A program made the translations under genes and the position numbers. A stretch of 64,000 nt of DNA from Raillietiella orientalis (taxonomy: Eukaryota): the NCBI GenBank assembly GCA_036172245.1, contig JAYWIR010000020.1, positions 2,728,001 through 2,792,000 on the forward strand, written 5' to 3'. Under the pieces are notes generated by a model that was not told the DNA's origin, ran no database searches, and saw only the letters and a list, made by a program, of their open reading frames with translations. Below, in pieces: positions 11,301-23,300 of the stretch (the stretch's first letter is position 1; each line of letters begins with the position of its first letter).

Positions 11301-14300
11301 GGAAGCCGTACCCTACCGAGCAGGAACTCGCAGACCCCTCAGGAGGAATCATCCTTTCACCTCGCGTGCCACCCTGCCCCGGATCATGCAAGTGCCACGT
11401 GTTTCTTCGGAAACTGCGGGAAGGGGGAAAGGGAGGGAAGCAGGGAACAGTGAAAGCGTCCGGCACCGAACATGCGGATTTTCTCTTTGAAGGTCGTCAG
11501 CTTCCAGGGAAGAAAGTTGCTGCAGAATTGGAGCGTTCGGGAAGGTTTGTGGCGTCAAGGAGAACTTCGGAACGCAGATGCGTTCTTCCGCGCTCCGTTC
11601 GCCCGCGGCGCAAACCTCGACGGTTCCCATCTTCTTCCAAAGGGCAGGCCAAGCGGAAGGAACCGCAGCGGTTTCTTTCCTGCGGCGGTTTGCGCGAGTG
11701 CCCTCCGCGGTCCTTCTGCGCTCCCGAGTTGATTCCCCTATCCTTCTGAGATCCGGGAACGGGCGTTGCCCCCTCTTTCCGTCGAGATGCCGAATCTCTC
11801 TTCTCAGCCCCGGAAGCACAGGACGCCCACCTCTCCGGAAAAAGAGCAGCGAGGAACAGTCCCGAAGCACATACCGCGTCGTTACGATCGCCTGGACCCT
11901 GGCTGCTCAAGATCATGGGAAAGTTCTCCTCGGAAGCTTCCTTCCCCGCTTTAAGAGGATTTGCGGGGACGAGACGCCTGTATCATCTTGCAGCTGCTCT
12001 CATTATCTGGAGCTCAAGACGTCTCGGAAGAAAAACGGCAAGGAGAAAAACGAGAAGCGTCCAGCGACGCGAGCCTTCGACGCACAAAAGTGGTCCCGGA
12101 GAAGGGATGCGCCCGCGTTGAGATTCTATCTCGATCGTGGGCTTACAGGGACGATTATCGTCAACTTCGCAGGAAACTATGGAGACCTCTAAGAGAAGCG
12201 CCTTGCACTGAGGCGCATGCATGGGGTGTCCTTTCGGGACGATGAGCGCAAGAGGAGCCCCTCGCTCTGGTTATCCCTGAGGAAATTCAGGCCGTTCCGT
12301 AACCACGTCGAACCTTCGGACCAGTGGATGAGATTGAACGAAGCACACACGCACCTACACCAAGGAACGAAGGATGTGTCAGTCAGTCTGACCGCACAGG
12401 GGTCGCCCAATTTATGACTAACCCGACACGCAGAGAACTTCCGAATTAAGATGTCGGCTATGAGAGGGAGTTCTCTCTTGGAGTCAGCTGCCGACGCGTT
12501 CACTACACTTTTCGGAACTCGGACCTGTGGCACACAGAGTCGGAGAGGAAGAGTCGGATGCGATTTGGGATCGGATCGAAGAGTCCGCTGCACGCAACTC
12601 TAACGAGACCTCAGTCGTTGCTCCGGAAACAAGCAAGCGATCCACGACGTGGGAAGAAGAAGATTCTCACAGGGAGCCACGTAGACGGTGGATTCGAAGA
12701 AGCGAGAACACGGTTAGTCACCACCCCGTAGACACAGAGTCGAATCCCAAGAGGTGCCGTGGGACGACTCACGTCCGGAGTCACCTCTTGGGATTCGGGA
12801 CCGAAAATCTCCACAAACTCTTTCCACGTAAGAAATTGGAGGTCGTGGTGTGTGTAATGAGATTTCCACTTGAGCCATCCTTGCTGGGTTTCCGTTCAGT
12901 AGGCGCGGCCTGCCGCACAGATAGAAGCTTTTCACGTTCTTCGTAGCGCCGTAGGTCTTGCTGACGTGACAGTCCGTTTCGCACCCGAAAGCGGTTAGTG
13001 GGGATGTACGGAATGCTCTCTGCGCACTGAAACGTGGGAGGTGTTGGAAATGCTGAAAGGGTTCACCTTATTCTTCCATCGTAGCTGCAGGTTCAAGTCA
13101 CAAATGTGACAAACCTCGGAGGAACTTGAATTTCCAGAACGGATTCGTTCGAAAGATGGCTCTGGAAGATGGCGTGGTGTATTTGTAATAGACAGACTCG
13201 AGCGAGAGGAGAAGGAAATCTCGAGCCCCGTTGAAGAAGTAGAAAAAAGAAATTCGAAAAGAAGTTTTCGTATGAGCGCTGCTTGCAGAAGAGAAAATCG
13301 CGAAAAGCAAACGTAAGGATGAAGGAATTGCAGCGAGAGGAAAGTGAATGTTTTGAAGTGAGCTCTCAAGCAGGCGTGCTGCAGCAACGTGCTAATCTAC
13401 TTCACGTTGATAAGCCATCTTCACAGCATCAGGATCTTTGACTTTGCTGTTTCGTTCCCAGTCAAATAAGAAGATGGCGTTGAATGACACTTGAGCGGAG
13501 TGTCTTCAGCGTGTACAAATGTACACGTGCTTCTGCTCATTTGCCAAGTGCGATGGCCATCGGACTTGCCATTCTCATGTAGTTTCATTACGTGGGTCAC
13601 ACGTGAAAAGGCACACATGAACACACACAACCCATAAATTCCTTTTTATTTCACCAGTTTATACGTTCCTCAGATACGGAGACCATGAAAAATTCTGTGG
13701 GAAAACTCGGATAAGAGGCGCCCGTGAGATCACTGGAAATTACTTGAAATTACGCAGCTTTCTGTTTTCGGATTCCTCAGCACGGCCATGCGATCAACAA
13801 ATTAATTCATCAAGACAGAGATGATGAAGATCAGAAGAGGAAAAGAAAGAACTGACTGAACAAGAGAGAGTCGTTTTGAATGACTGCGTGGGACAGACAA
13901 ACCCAGAAAAAGTGCCACAGAAACCCGTATGATCTTCAAGCTGAATGATACAAATGAAAAGGGGGAAAAGCATCTGAACCATCCAGTTCTTTAAAGGAGC
14001 TATTTTCACATACGAGAGAGTTCCTTTTGCGAATACGATTTTGAGTTTTGTGGTTCAGACGCAATGCAGTTCCGCGCCAATGTTGCCATACGTATATGAC
14101 AAAGGGAAAAAAAATTTCAGAGGACTGAACGTCATCGAGTTATGTCAAAGACCTCAGTGCCTCTTTGCTAGCAACCAAATCGTCTCAAGTTCTCGAAAAA
14201 CAATGGCAACCATAATTTTGGTGTCACACGCTGTTCCTGAAACCTCTTTGCCAAAAGATTACTGCCGTTCGCGTCAAATAAGTTTAGAAGGTTAGTACTG

Positions 14301-17300
14301 CCACAGGTTATACATTAGAAGCCCACTGAGTGTAATTAGTGTAATCTGCCCGAGTCTCGGCTCCCATGCACTCATGCCAACATCCCATAATAGAATGCCC
14401 GAGCTTTTCGACAAAAGGAAGGGCTATCGGCTCAGAATTTGAGTGAAACGATCACTGACCGGGCAGACTAGTTGCGTCGGATTGGATCCCGTGTGTCTAG
14501 AATGCTGGATCGAGGAGCCAAAACGTGACGGTAGCCACCATCCCCCCCCTCCCACTTCATTCATGTGATGTGCACGTAAAACGAATGCGTGTGCTGAGTT
14601 CTTTTCCCTGGAATTTCTCTCACCAGGGACAATCGTTTTGGACTGGAGTCCGCGCAGCATCCAATTCGATTGTGAGCAACTTCACTGAATTTCCTGAGAT
14701 TCCAGATTTTCTATCGTTTCCATCGCGTGGTAGAATGCTTGAGGAACCAGCCCCTCCGATTTTCTCTTCCGCAAGCAAGCTCTCACACGTAAACTTCTTT
14801 TGGAATTTCTTTTTTCTACTTCTTCAACGGGACCCGAGATTTCCTCCTCCGTCTCGCTCGAGTCTGTCTATTACAAAAGCTCTTAATCTGGTCACACCCC
14901 GCCACCTTCCAGAGTCAGCTTTCGAACGAATCCGTTCTGGAAATTCAAGTTCCTCCGAGCTTTGGCATCATCTTGGAGCACAATTCTTTATGGGCGCCTC
15001 ATAAGCCAACTTGGGGAAACGAACTCGAATGCTTCCGTTTGTTTGGAAGTAGGAAAAAGTGTGCAACTGGATCACTGCTGTATCACACACACTGATTTTT
15101 GCTAGCGAGCATCCGGATGCATCCACAGGAACAGTGATTTGAGTTCCTCAGATGCCCTTAAGCCCACTCACCAAAAAGGCACTTGCCTTGCGATCGCAGT
15201 TCGCCGGTGACTTTGCAATGCGCGTAAATTTGACCTGCGTTCCAAAAACCCCGGATTCCATGAATTGAAGCATGCAATCATAATGAGCGACGACCTGACG
15301 AAAAGACAAATATAAAGAACAGCGCAAGGGTGGCAACCGAAGGAGCTCTCTCTCTCTCTTTCTTTCTTTTTTTTCGTCATCAAAGGTGTAAAGAAAATTT
15401 GCTGAAATTATTTAAATCATCGTGAGAACGGCAAGATAACAGATGAATTCGAAAGTTGGCAACGCGGACATGACTGCGAGTAAAACGCGCACGCTTGCTG
15501 CGCGTAAAAGACGTATTGATAATCGTCACCCCCTGATGACCTTACATAGGTGCAATACGAATGCTGTCATGGAGGAAAAAGCGAGTAAGAAAGCATGCGG
15601 GGAAGAAATGATGTCATTGGATTGGATATGTTATTGGAAGCAAGAGGGATGATCTTAGAGATCATTATTGGCTTTCAAGCACATCTCTGACATCTTTTCT
15701 CGTAGTCACGGAAGAAAAGGGAATTCGCCTCGATTCTGATTTTGCGAGAACGTCAGTGTTCTCAGAGAACGCCTAGGGCATGCTTTGAGGTTACGATTCC
15801 GAAGGTTTCAAATTAAGAGTTACAAGACGGCGAACACGGAAAATCTGCCAATTCCATCTGTCAATGGAATGTTGAAACGCTTACGGAAGTATCGGCGACA
15901 CTCGCTCAAGTTCTCGACAGTCTGACCTGTTGAACGTGAGACCCCACTCCACCCCTCTCTACAGACACACACACAGTGTACACCCTTCCGTGAATCCGGA
16001 ATAGTCTATTTGTCCAGTTTGGCGAAACCTTCGTTGACTGGACGGTGAACTAGCATCATTTTGGGATGAGTACCATCCATACAGTCGCCCAAGAATAAAG
16101 AATGCGGATGCTGAGGGGGACACTGAAAAGCGTTGCTCCACGCAGCATCTTCGTTTTCCAAGTGCTGCACCTGTAGACCAGCCCCGTAAGCTTAGCCCGG
16201 GAGACCAGTAGAACCAGAGAAAATTCTGTGCTGTAGGGAAGGGGATGAAAAGGAGGCATTATAGCAACCAGCAACATATACCTTGCCCAAACTTGTTCGC
16301 TTGAGGAAGAAACTGTTGTTGTGTTGAGAAACGTCTGTCGTCACCATCCGACCACGTGTTCTTGCAGCTCGCCTTAACGCGACCCTACGACCCTACCCTT
16401 TGTTGTGTCGCTGACCTTCTGCTTGCTTGAGTCGGTTTTCAGACTGCCGAACCTTCAGCATTCTTAAGCTCGTCTCGCTCCAGATCAACGCCCTTGAAGG
16501 GCGTTTCTTGTTGCTTTCAATCGTTCGGAACCGACACTGCGTGGTTTCTCAGCTGCTTTCTTACCTGAGAAAAGAATGGTGGATCCACGTAGGTTTCTTT
16601 TGCCATTTAGAGTTCCACAACAGATTTCTATTGCAACGTGGGCACGCACCTTGGCTGGTTGTGGCTTGGTTGAACTTTGAGGAGCAAACAGAAACCAAGA
16701 TGCTGAGGGGGTGTGAGCTACTACAGCAGACCTCAGAAGCGTTACTCTTGATGAGTTCAGCAGCTCGTTGACCGAGCTGTTGGAAGATGCATGAGAATGG
16801 TCGGTTTAATGTTTCAAGGGTACATCACCAAACCAAATAGGATCTTATTACCTTGCCATCACTACTCATCCGTTGCCACCAAAGACCAAAGTGCGCATCA
16901 TTCCTCCTAGCAGATTGATGACGTCAGAACCGTAGCGGCTATGATCTTAGGAAAAAAAAAAAAATTGGTGCAAATTTTTTCGTTTAATTGTTCAAGTTCG
17001 GTCTAAAGCCAGAGTAGGGAGCAGACTGAAAATGGCCAATATTTCGACTAAGCCTATGGAATACTTTTTATCTCTTCTATTTTTTCGCGTGATCTGCTGG
17101 AAAAAGAACAGAGTCCTCAGCTGACGAAAAGTGAAGCACATTCGCTTATGAACAGTAACGATAGAATCTTTAAAAGGTGTTTTGTTTGGTCTATGTACAA
17201 ATGATCGTAGTAACCACACATCTTCCATGAAGTGCGTTCCGTCCATTGCTCACGTAGTAGTGCGCTGCGAAACGAATGGCTCTTTGCGACTGAGATGCGA

Positions 17301-20300
17301 GTGCTTGGATTCTGCTGCCAAGCAACAAACCTGAAGTTCAAACCTTTTCCCCGTTGATCGACTCGGATCCACGAACTGCCTGAGAATACGATCCACTATA
17401 ATGGTTACAACTCTTCGAAGCATCGGCATCATGACTTGAGGAAAAAAAAATTTTTGCCTCAAGTCGGGAAGCTGTTCTCTGCCATCAGTGGAGCTTCCAG
17501 GAAGACTGGAGTGTCTGTCTTCATTTCGAGTTTCGGACTAGCATGCTCCAAGGATCGACGAAACGTCACACTGATTGACTCGTGATTCGTCCGCCTGGTC
17601 TTTTTTGCCTCGGTACAGGAATCGGACTGGACGTTTTGTTCTGAAGAAGAGAGCCAATGTGCACGCAGTTGAACGCACTTGTACGAACCAGTTACACGCG
17701 AGGTCAGTTCGCCTGTGCGTCAGGAGTTTTCTACATGGGGCAAGGTATCAGGGAACAGCTATCTGGGAACGCAGAGTTGAAGGACAAAGAAGCGCCACTA
17801 CCAGACAGAGGGCAAAGGACGAAATCGGGGCGAGCGGCAGGAAAATCCGGTCTCCTCGATGCCGACGAAGCGGCCCAAACTGTTCAGCAAGTGCGCAGGC
17901 CACGCGCGGAAGCCACCTTTGCCGCGACGAGATCGCTCCATTTGAGGAGCAGTCAGTGGTTCAGAGCGCCGGGCTAGAAGGTGAAACGCGTTCTGCACAG
18001 CCTCTTGCATGGATGCTGGGAAATGGGCGCGTCCCAGAGGATCAGGGAAAGATCGAAGCTGGTGTTTTCGCAGTTGCCATTCAGAATGGCCGCCTCCGTA
18101 AGAGAGGGCAGTTCGAAGCGTTTGCTTCTCGGTCCCGTTCTAGGAGAAACCATCTGCCGTTCTCGAAAAAGAAATCGAGATCTGCGACGCGAGTGCCGCT
18201 GCAAGAAAGGCACCCGACTGCAAGTACCAAAGGCTGAAAAGGCTCGCACGATGAGGAAAGGACAGGGGTTTGCGTTCGGTTCCGTTTTCTAGTAGAAAAA
18301 CAAACAAACAAACAAATGACCACGTGGACCTTAGTACGAGGTCATCAAACTATCGATTGAGCAACTAACAAATTAGACAAATCGGAACGGTCTGTCTGCT
18401 CAGTTTTGCGGAACCTTTGTTGAGCACCAGACTGATGAACTAGCATCATCTTGGGATCAGTGCCAGACGAAAAACCTTTGTGCTGCTGGTCACCCGCAAC
18501 GAAGCTGCCAGCGACGGCAGCTTCGTACGGTGCAGCCGAGCCTGGCAAATCAGTGGGCGAAAATCTTCCCGACCGCAGGTATCTCGAGATGAGGTCATCG
18601 TCGTTGTAGGCCCGCCAGATCAGGATTCTCAAGACCGAGGCAGAGAACTCGCGCGCCGAGTGGGAACACCTGATTTGGAATCTGGTCTGTGGCCGCCAGC
18701 AGAGAGCGCTTCTTGCCCACTAGCAGTAACTGCCCCTTCCCGTGCTGCTGCAGAGTTGCTGTGGGTGCAGGCTATGCAGCGGTCCAACGGGAAGGGAGAA
18801 TTGTTCTTTCCTTCTCCCCCCACTTCTCCGGGACGGACGTAAGTGTGTGCTTTCTCATGGTTAGGCTGTTCCGGGTTCTTCAAGAGAAGCATCCACCGCA
18901 ACAGGATGTACACTTGCAAGGCTCAGGGTGACCAGAAGGGACAGTGTCCGATCGACAAAACCCATAGGAATCAGTGCCGGGCTTGTCGTCTGAGAAGATG
19001 CTTCGAGATGCGCATGAACAAAGATGGTAAGTGGGGTCTGAGTGAAGCAGGAAGTCTGAGGGCAGAAAAGCATTGCGTGAGAGTTGAGCGCCATCCAGTG
19101 GGCAACAGTTCCTTGTTTATCTCCAGCGTTTTTCTGCAGCAAGGGGAGCGCAGTTCCACTGGAAATCCGCAGCAAGGGCAAAGAGGGAGGGGGGAGAAAG
19201 GGACAGGCATCCTCTCTTTCGGGTGGACCACGAGAAAGCAACTGAGCTCCAGGAGGCACTAAAACCCTCCTTCCTTCCTCCATCTCTCCAGGGAAGAGCG
19301 AGGCCATCTAGGCGATTCCCATGCATATCGAAGGCACGCGAAAGTCAGGCAGCAGAACGTAACCCTCGCCGGAGGTCCTGTGGCTGCTGCGGTCTCCGCG
19401 CGTGGCGCCACCAAGCGCCGCAGGTTCGAATACTCCGAAATGAATCGATGCAGTGCGTCGTTTGTTCCGAGTCCCTCCCGCAAGATGACGCTGGCTGACC
19501 TGCATCCATTTGGGTGCGGCGACACTGGTAGCGGACGCCCCCGATGGGTGGCCGGGGCAATGGAAGTCGACCTCCTTCCAGGAATCAAAATTTGGGAGTT
19601 CTTCCCCTCCGGTTGTGCAAAGAAGCGGACCCTTCATTCCGGGGGACCTCCGTGTCTTCCTGATGGGGGAGGTGTGTCGCCACCTCTCCAGAGAGTGCAA
19701 AGAAGTGAGCCGATCCCTTCGGGGAAGCAGAGCCCTTCTGATTTTCAGAAGTGTCCCTTCGGGGTTCTCTTCATGGGAGAAGAAAGGGGCGGCTCCCTTG
19801 TGGGTTCCTTCCGGAGAAGAAATTCCTACTAGCGGATCCTTTCCGAGTCCCCTTCGGAGAAGAAAAATGAAGCGGACCATTCCATTGTCCCTCGTGAGAG
19901 ATTGAGAAAGAGGGGTTCCCTTCAGGGATCCCTTCGGAGACAACCAGGGTGTGTAGGCCTCCTTTCCAGGCGTGAGAGGAACAAACTCCTTTCTACGGAG
20001 CCCTTTCTGGATTCATAGGATCCTGTTCTGCTGCCTGCCTTCCACGTGCATCGTGGGAGCAGTTTCCAAAGACAAGTAGACATCTCTCCCTGGAGCAGGC
20101 TGACACCATCCTCCCATACACTACTCTACTCTCACAAGTGCCCTTTTCTGTCGGTTCGGGAACGCCTGCTTCCGAAAGCACGGAGGGTTCAGACCTTTGC
20201 ACTCCGTCTGAACATGCAGATCCCAGATTTTAGGAGCCGGTCTCAGCTTGCCTGGTAACCATAGAGATTGATAACGAAATGGTCTCTTTGCTCTTTACAT

Positions 20301-23300
20301 GGGAGTTCCGATCTCGTGTCTGATTGGATAGCCTTTCCATTCGATCTCCCTCCGTTTCGAGAATTTTCAGCTCCTTGCTCTTTGACCAGAATGTCTTCGG
20401 GCGGGATTCGTCACCTGAGATGGATAACTCGTTGAAGGCGGAAGGAAAACTCGTGGGAGATCTCGAAAGGACAGCTAGAGGAACAACGAGAAGCTGGATG
20501 AACTACTCCAAATCATTCTGAAACTTCCTGGAAAGTCAAAGCACACGTTGCTCTTGAGAAAGCACGAGAGAATCTGCGTTCTCCGGAATCTCTCTTGATG
20601 TTCGTGTCTTGATGATTAGCGCAAAGGTGGACGAATCCGCATGGCGTTTGACCACTGGGAATCGGCGGCGAGGTTCCTTTGATGGTTAGCTCCGTGCTTT
20701 TCGAACCTAATTTTGTCCCTAGTCATCATGACGTAGAGAATTTAACCAATCCGTGAGCACCCACTTTCACGATCACACGTGCAAGGCGGAACCTCACTCA
20801 GGAACACGTGAGAAGGGCGCCGACTCGGAAGATGAACCCGAAAGCAGCAAGAAGAACCTCAAGTCGATGACCTTTTGGAGAATAATGTGCCGAAGAAATC
20901 TTCCATCAGTCCTGCAAGGCAGCAAATGACAAGGCAGTCAGAGACTCCAGGTGCACTTATTTGGATTGAACTTGCTGGGCGCTGTCTGCTGTCCGAATCC
21001 GAGTGCGCTCTGTTTGCTTTCCCTTTAACCATCGTTGGCTTTGCCTCCCATCTTTGTTCCTTCTATCATTCTCGCAACCACCTGCTTCGTTTGAAATCCT
21101 CGCCATTTCAAAGCAGTACTCCCTCAGGAGCCGTGCAGGTGGAACAAGTATGGAACCTGGAACGAAGCAGAGGTGAAGGGGGAAGAGAATCCCTGGGATG
21201 CTTTGAGAACCTCGTGTTTTAACTGAGTGATGGTGATTTCCATTCTGGATTCCTGTTACTTGGAAAGGCAGTGGAACGAAGGACGGAAAACAAGCAGCCT
21301 TTCTAGCATACGTAGCTTCATTTGTCTGAGTTTCGAGAGCGGGGAAGGTCCACGCAAATTCGGCGATAATACGGGATCATATCCCACTTCGCCTGTGTTT
21401 GCTGATTACTTTGCAGCCCCAGCGGGGATTTTTTTCTACGTCGGTGACAGTTGCTTCCCTTACACGACCCCCATTTCTGAAGCTCTCCGCCGCGCGTCCT
21501 GCCCGGCCCCATCTAATCGTATACCGGTTTTTAAACAAATGTCTTTCTAAATGGAACGGAAAAGGCTTTGCTAGAAATGCTTCAGCCAGCATTTGTTCGA
21601 AGCATTCGGCTACAGCAGAATTTACTATTGCAGTCTCCGGCTGATCTCCGAGGGATGAGAATTTCAGGTGCCTTGTGGATAGTCACGCACTCACGCAGAG
21701 ATCGAAGCAATGAATGGATTGCATTTTTGGCTTATCGTGTTTACTGAGATGGCATGCCCATCAACCCTTTAGGAGAAGACGCACGTATCTTCCATGCCCA
21801 CACGAAAACACAAAAGGAAAACGAGCCTACAGTGTTTCCGAAACAGACGCATACACTGTACGCAGACAAAGGGTGCCGTGGCAGTTGCTAGAAGGGGGCC
21901 AGCAATTCAAAATCCTCTCCCATTCATCAGTGTGAAAAGTCTCGTTTGCAGACGAAGATCGAAGACACGAGAGAAAAGCACGCACAATGATGGAGCGATC
22001 TTAGGACTGCTTTGAGGATCGCCCTTGAAAAGAAACACTCGTATTTCTAGGTCCGCTCTTCCTGGTAGCACCGTAGCGATTAGCAGCACACACAGCGGAC
22101 CCTTAGGAACAAATGATGCTGGACGTGGAAAGTTTTACCTATGCGCAGTCACAATCTCGACAGAAGTACGTCTCTCTTCGACTGAGGATAGCAGCACGCG
22201 GACATTGCTGTGTACAATTACTGCGAATAACCACCAGGAGATTTCTTCCTTCTGACTTCCCGTGAGAGTGAACGACGGAGCCACAAAGGGTGCTGCCGAT
22301 CAGATGACAAGCAGAAACGGTCGAAAGGTCTTTCACGGGAAGGCAGAACCAAATCACCTCCGCCTGTGCTCCAAATCTCAACAGGCTGAGTTTTAGTCTC
22401 GTGGACAGGAGCGGAGAACCGACTTCGGTTGCTTCTTAAGAGACGTATGTTTGGACGTTGCATTTCACACTGTGACAAGAACGAAGTTGAATGGGATTCA
22501 AAGGCTATCAAAGGCTTTCATTGGTTGTTCCTGTTAGAGTTTCCGAATGGAAGCAACAAAAAGGATTGCACATATCCCTGAAGGCAGTGCTTGGATCCAT
22601 GGTTCGCAAACTTTAGATTTCATCCCAGCTGAGGGATGCCTAAAAGGAAAATCAGTCACACCTTCTCGTTTTGTCTTTATTCTCAAGTCCTTGGTCTCTA
22701 AATAGAATATAGTTCTGCTTTTGATAGCGAAATGAATAATTTTGAACTCATTTTTGGACAAGGCTCCCAATGATTTCTTTTATTACCCAATGGAGTCATC
22801 GGTGACCCTTTCTAATCTTGAACTCACACATTCCTATTCACCTCTTTGGTGAACGATGTGAAAGCATCTCTTTCGTTTCGGAGTTGAGCCTGCACTTTGC
22901 CTTAGCAGACTACAACGAGCTTTCTTGATCTTCGAACGCCTCCACCAACACCGTTCAGTTTCCGTTTTTTTGCCTTAATGCTATGCTTCTGCCTGCGAAA
23001 ATTCGAGATGTTTTGCACATGTTTGTTTGTTATAGCAGTTCAGCATGAACGGGGACCTCGGAAATCGAAGCTCAGAGATGGATCTTGTTCGGTTCAGGAG
23101 CGCAGAAACTCGCAAGATTTTCAAGTGGCTAACAAAGAACACATCTTCCGATCAGTGGAGAACATCAGGAACAACTACCGGTCACTACCTCTGGATATGC
23201 CTCCACCGCCAAGTCTCATACCAGCGTTCGGGGAGCAGCATGGGAATCAGGTATTCGCGCTTTGAATTTCGAAAGTTTCCTTGCCCGTGTAACGAACTTG

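Larger units (their letters stand above)
5470..12600. promoter_or_regulatory. GC/CpG-rich island spanning the 5' end of the dsf-like gene
   Basis: Visibly far more GC- and CpG-rich than the flanks. It contains the first two coding exons and explains the many long overlapping low-complexity ORFs in the track. Confidence 0.6.

Noticed and set aside
5535..12600. Many long overlapping ORFs (e.g. 7441-8562, 5762-6646, 9193-9930)
   Set aside because: Low-complexity Pro/Arg/Gly/Ser translations on both strands, expected from high GC. Only 8399-8405 and 8548-8628 match a protein family.
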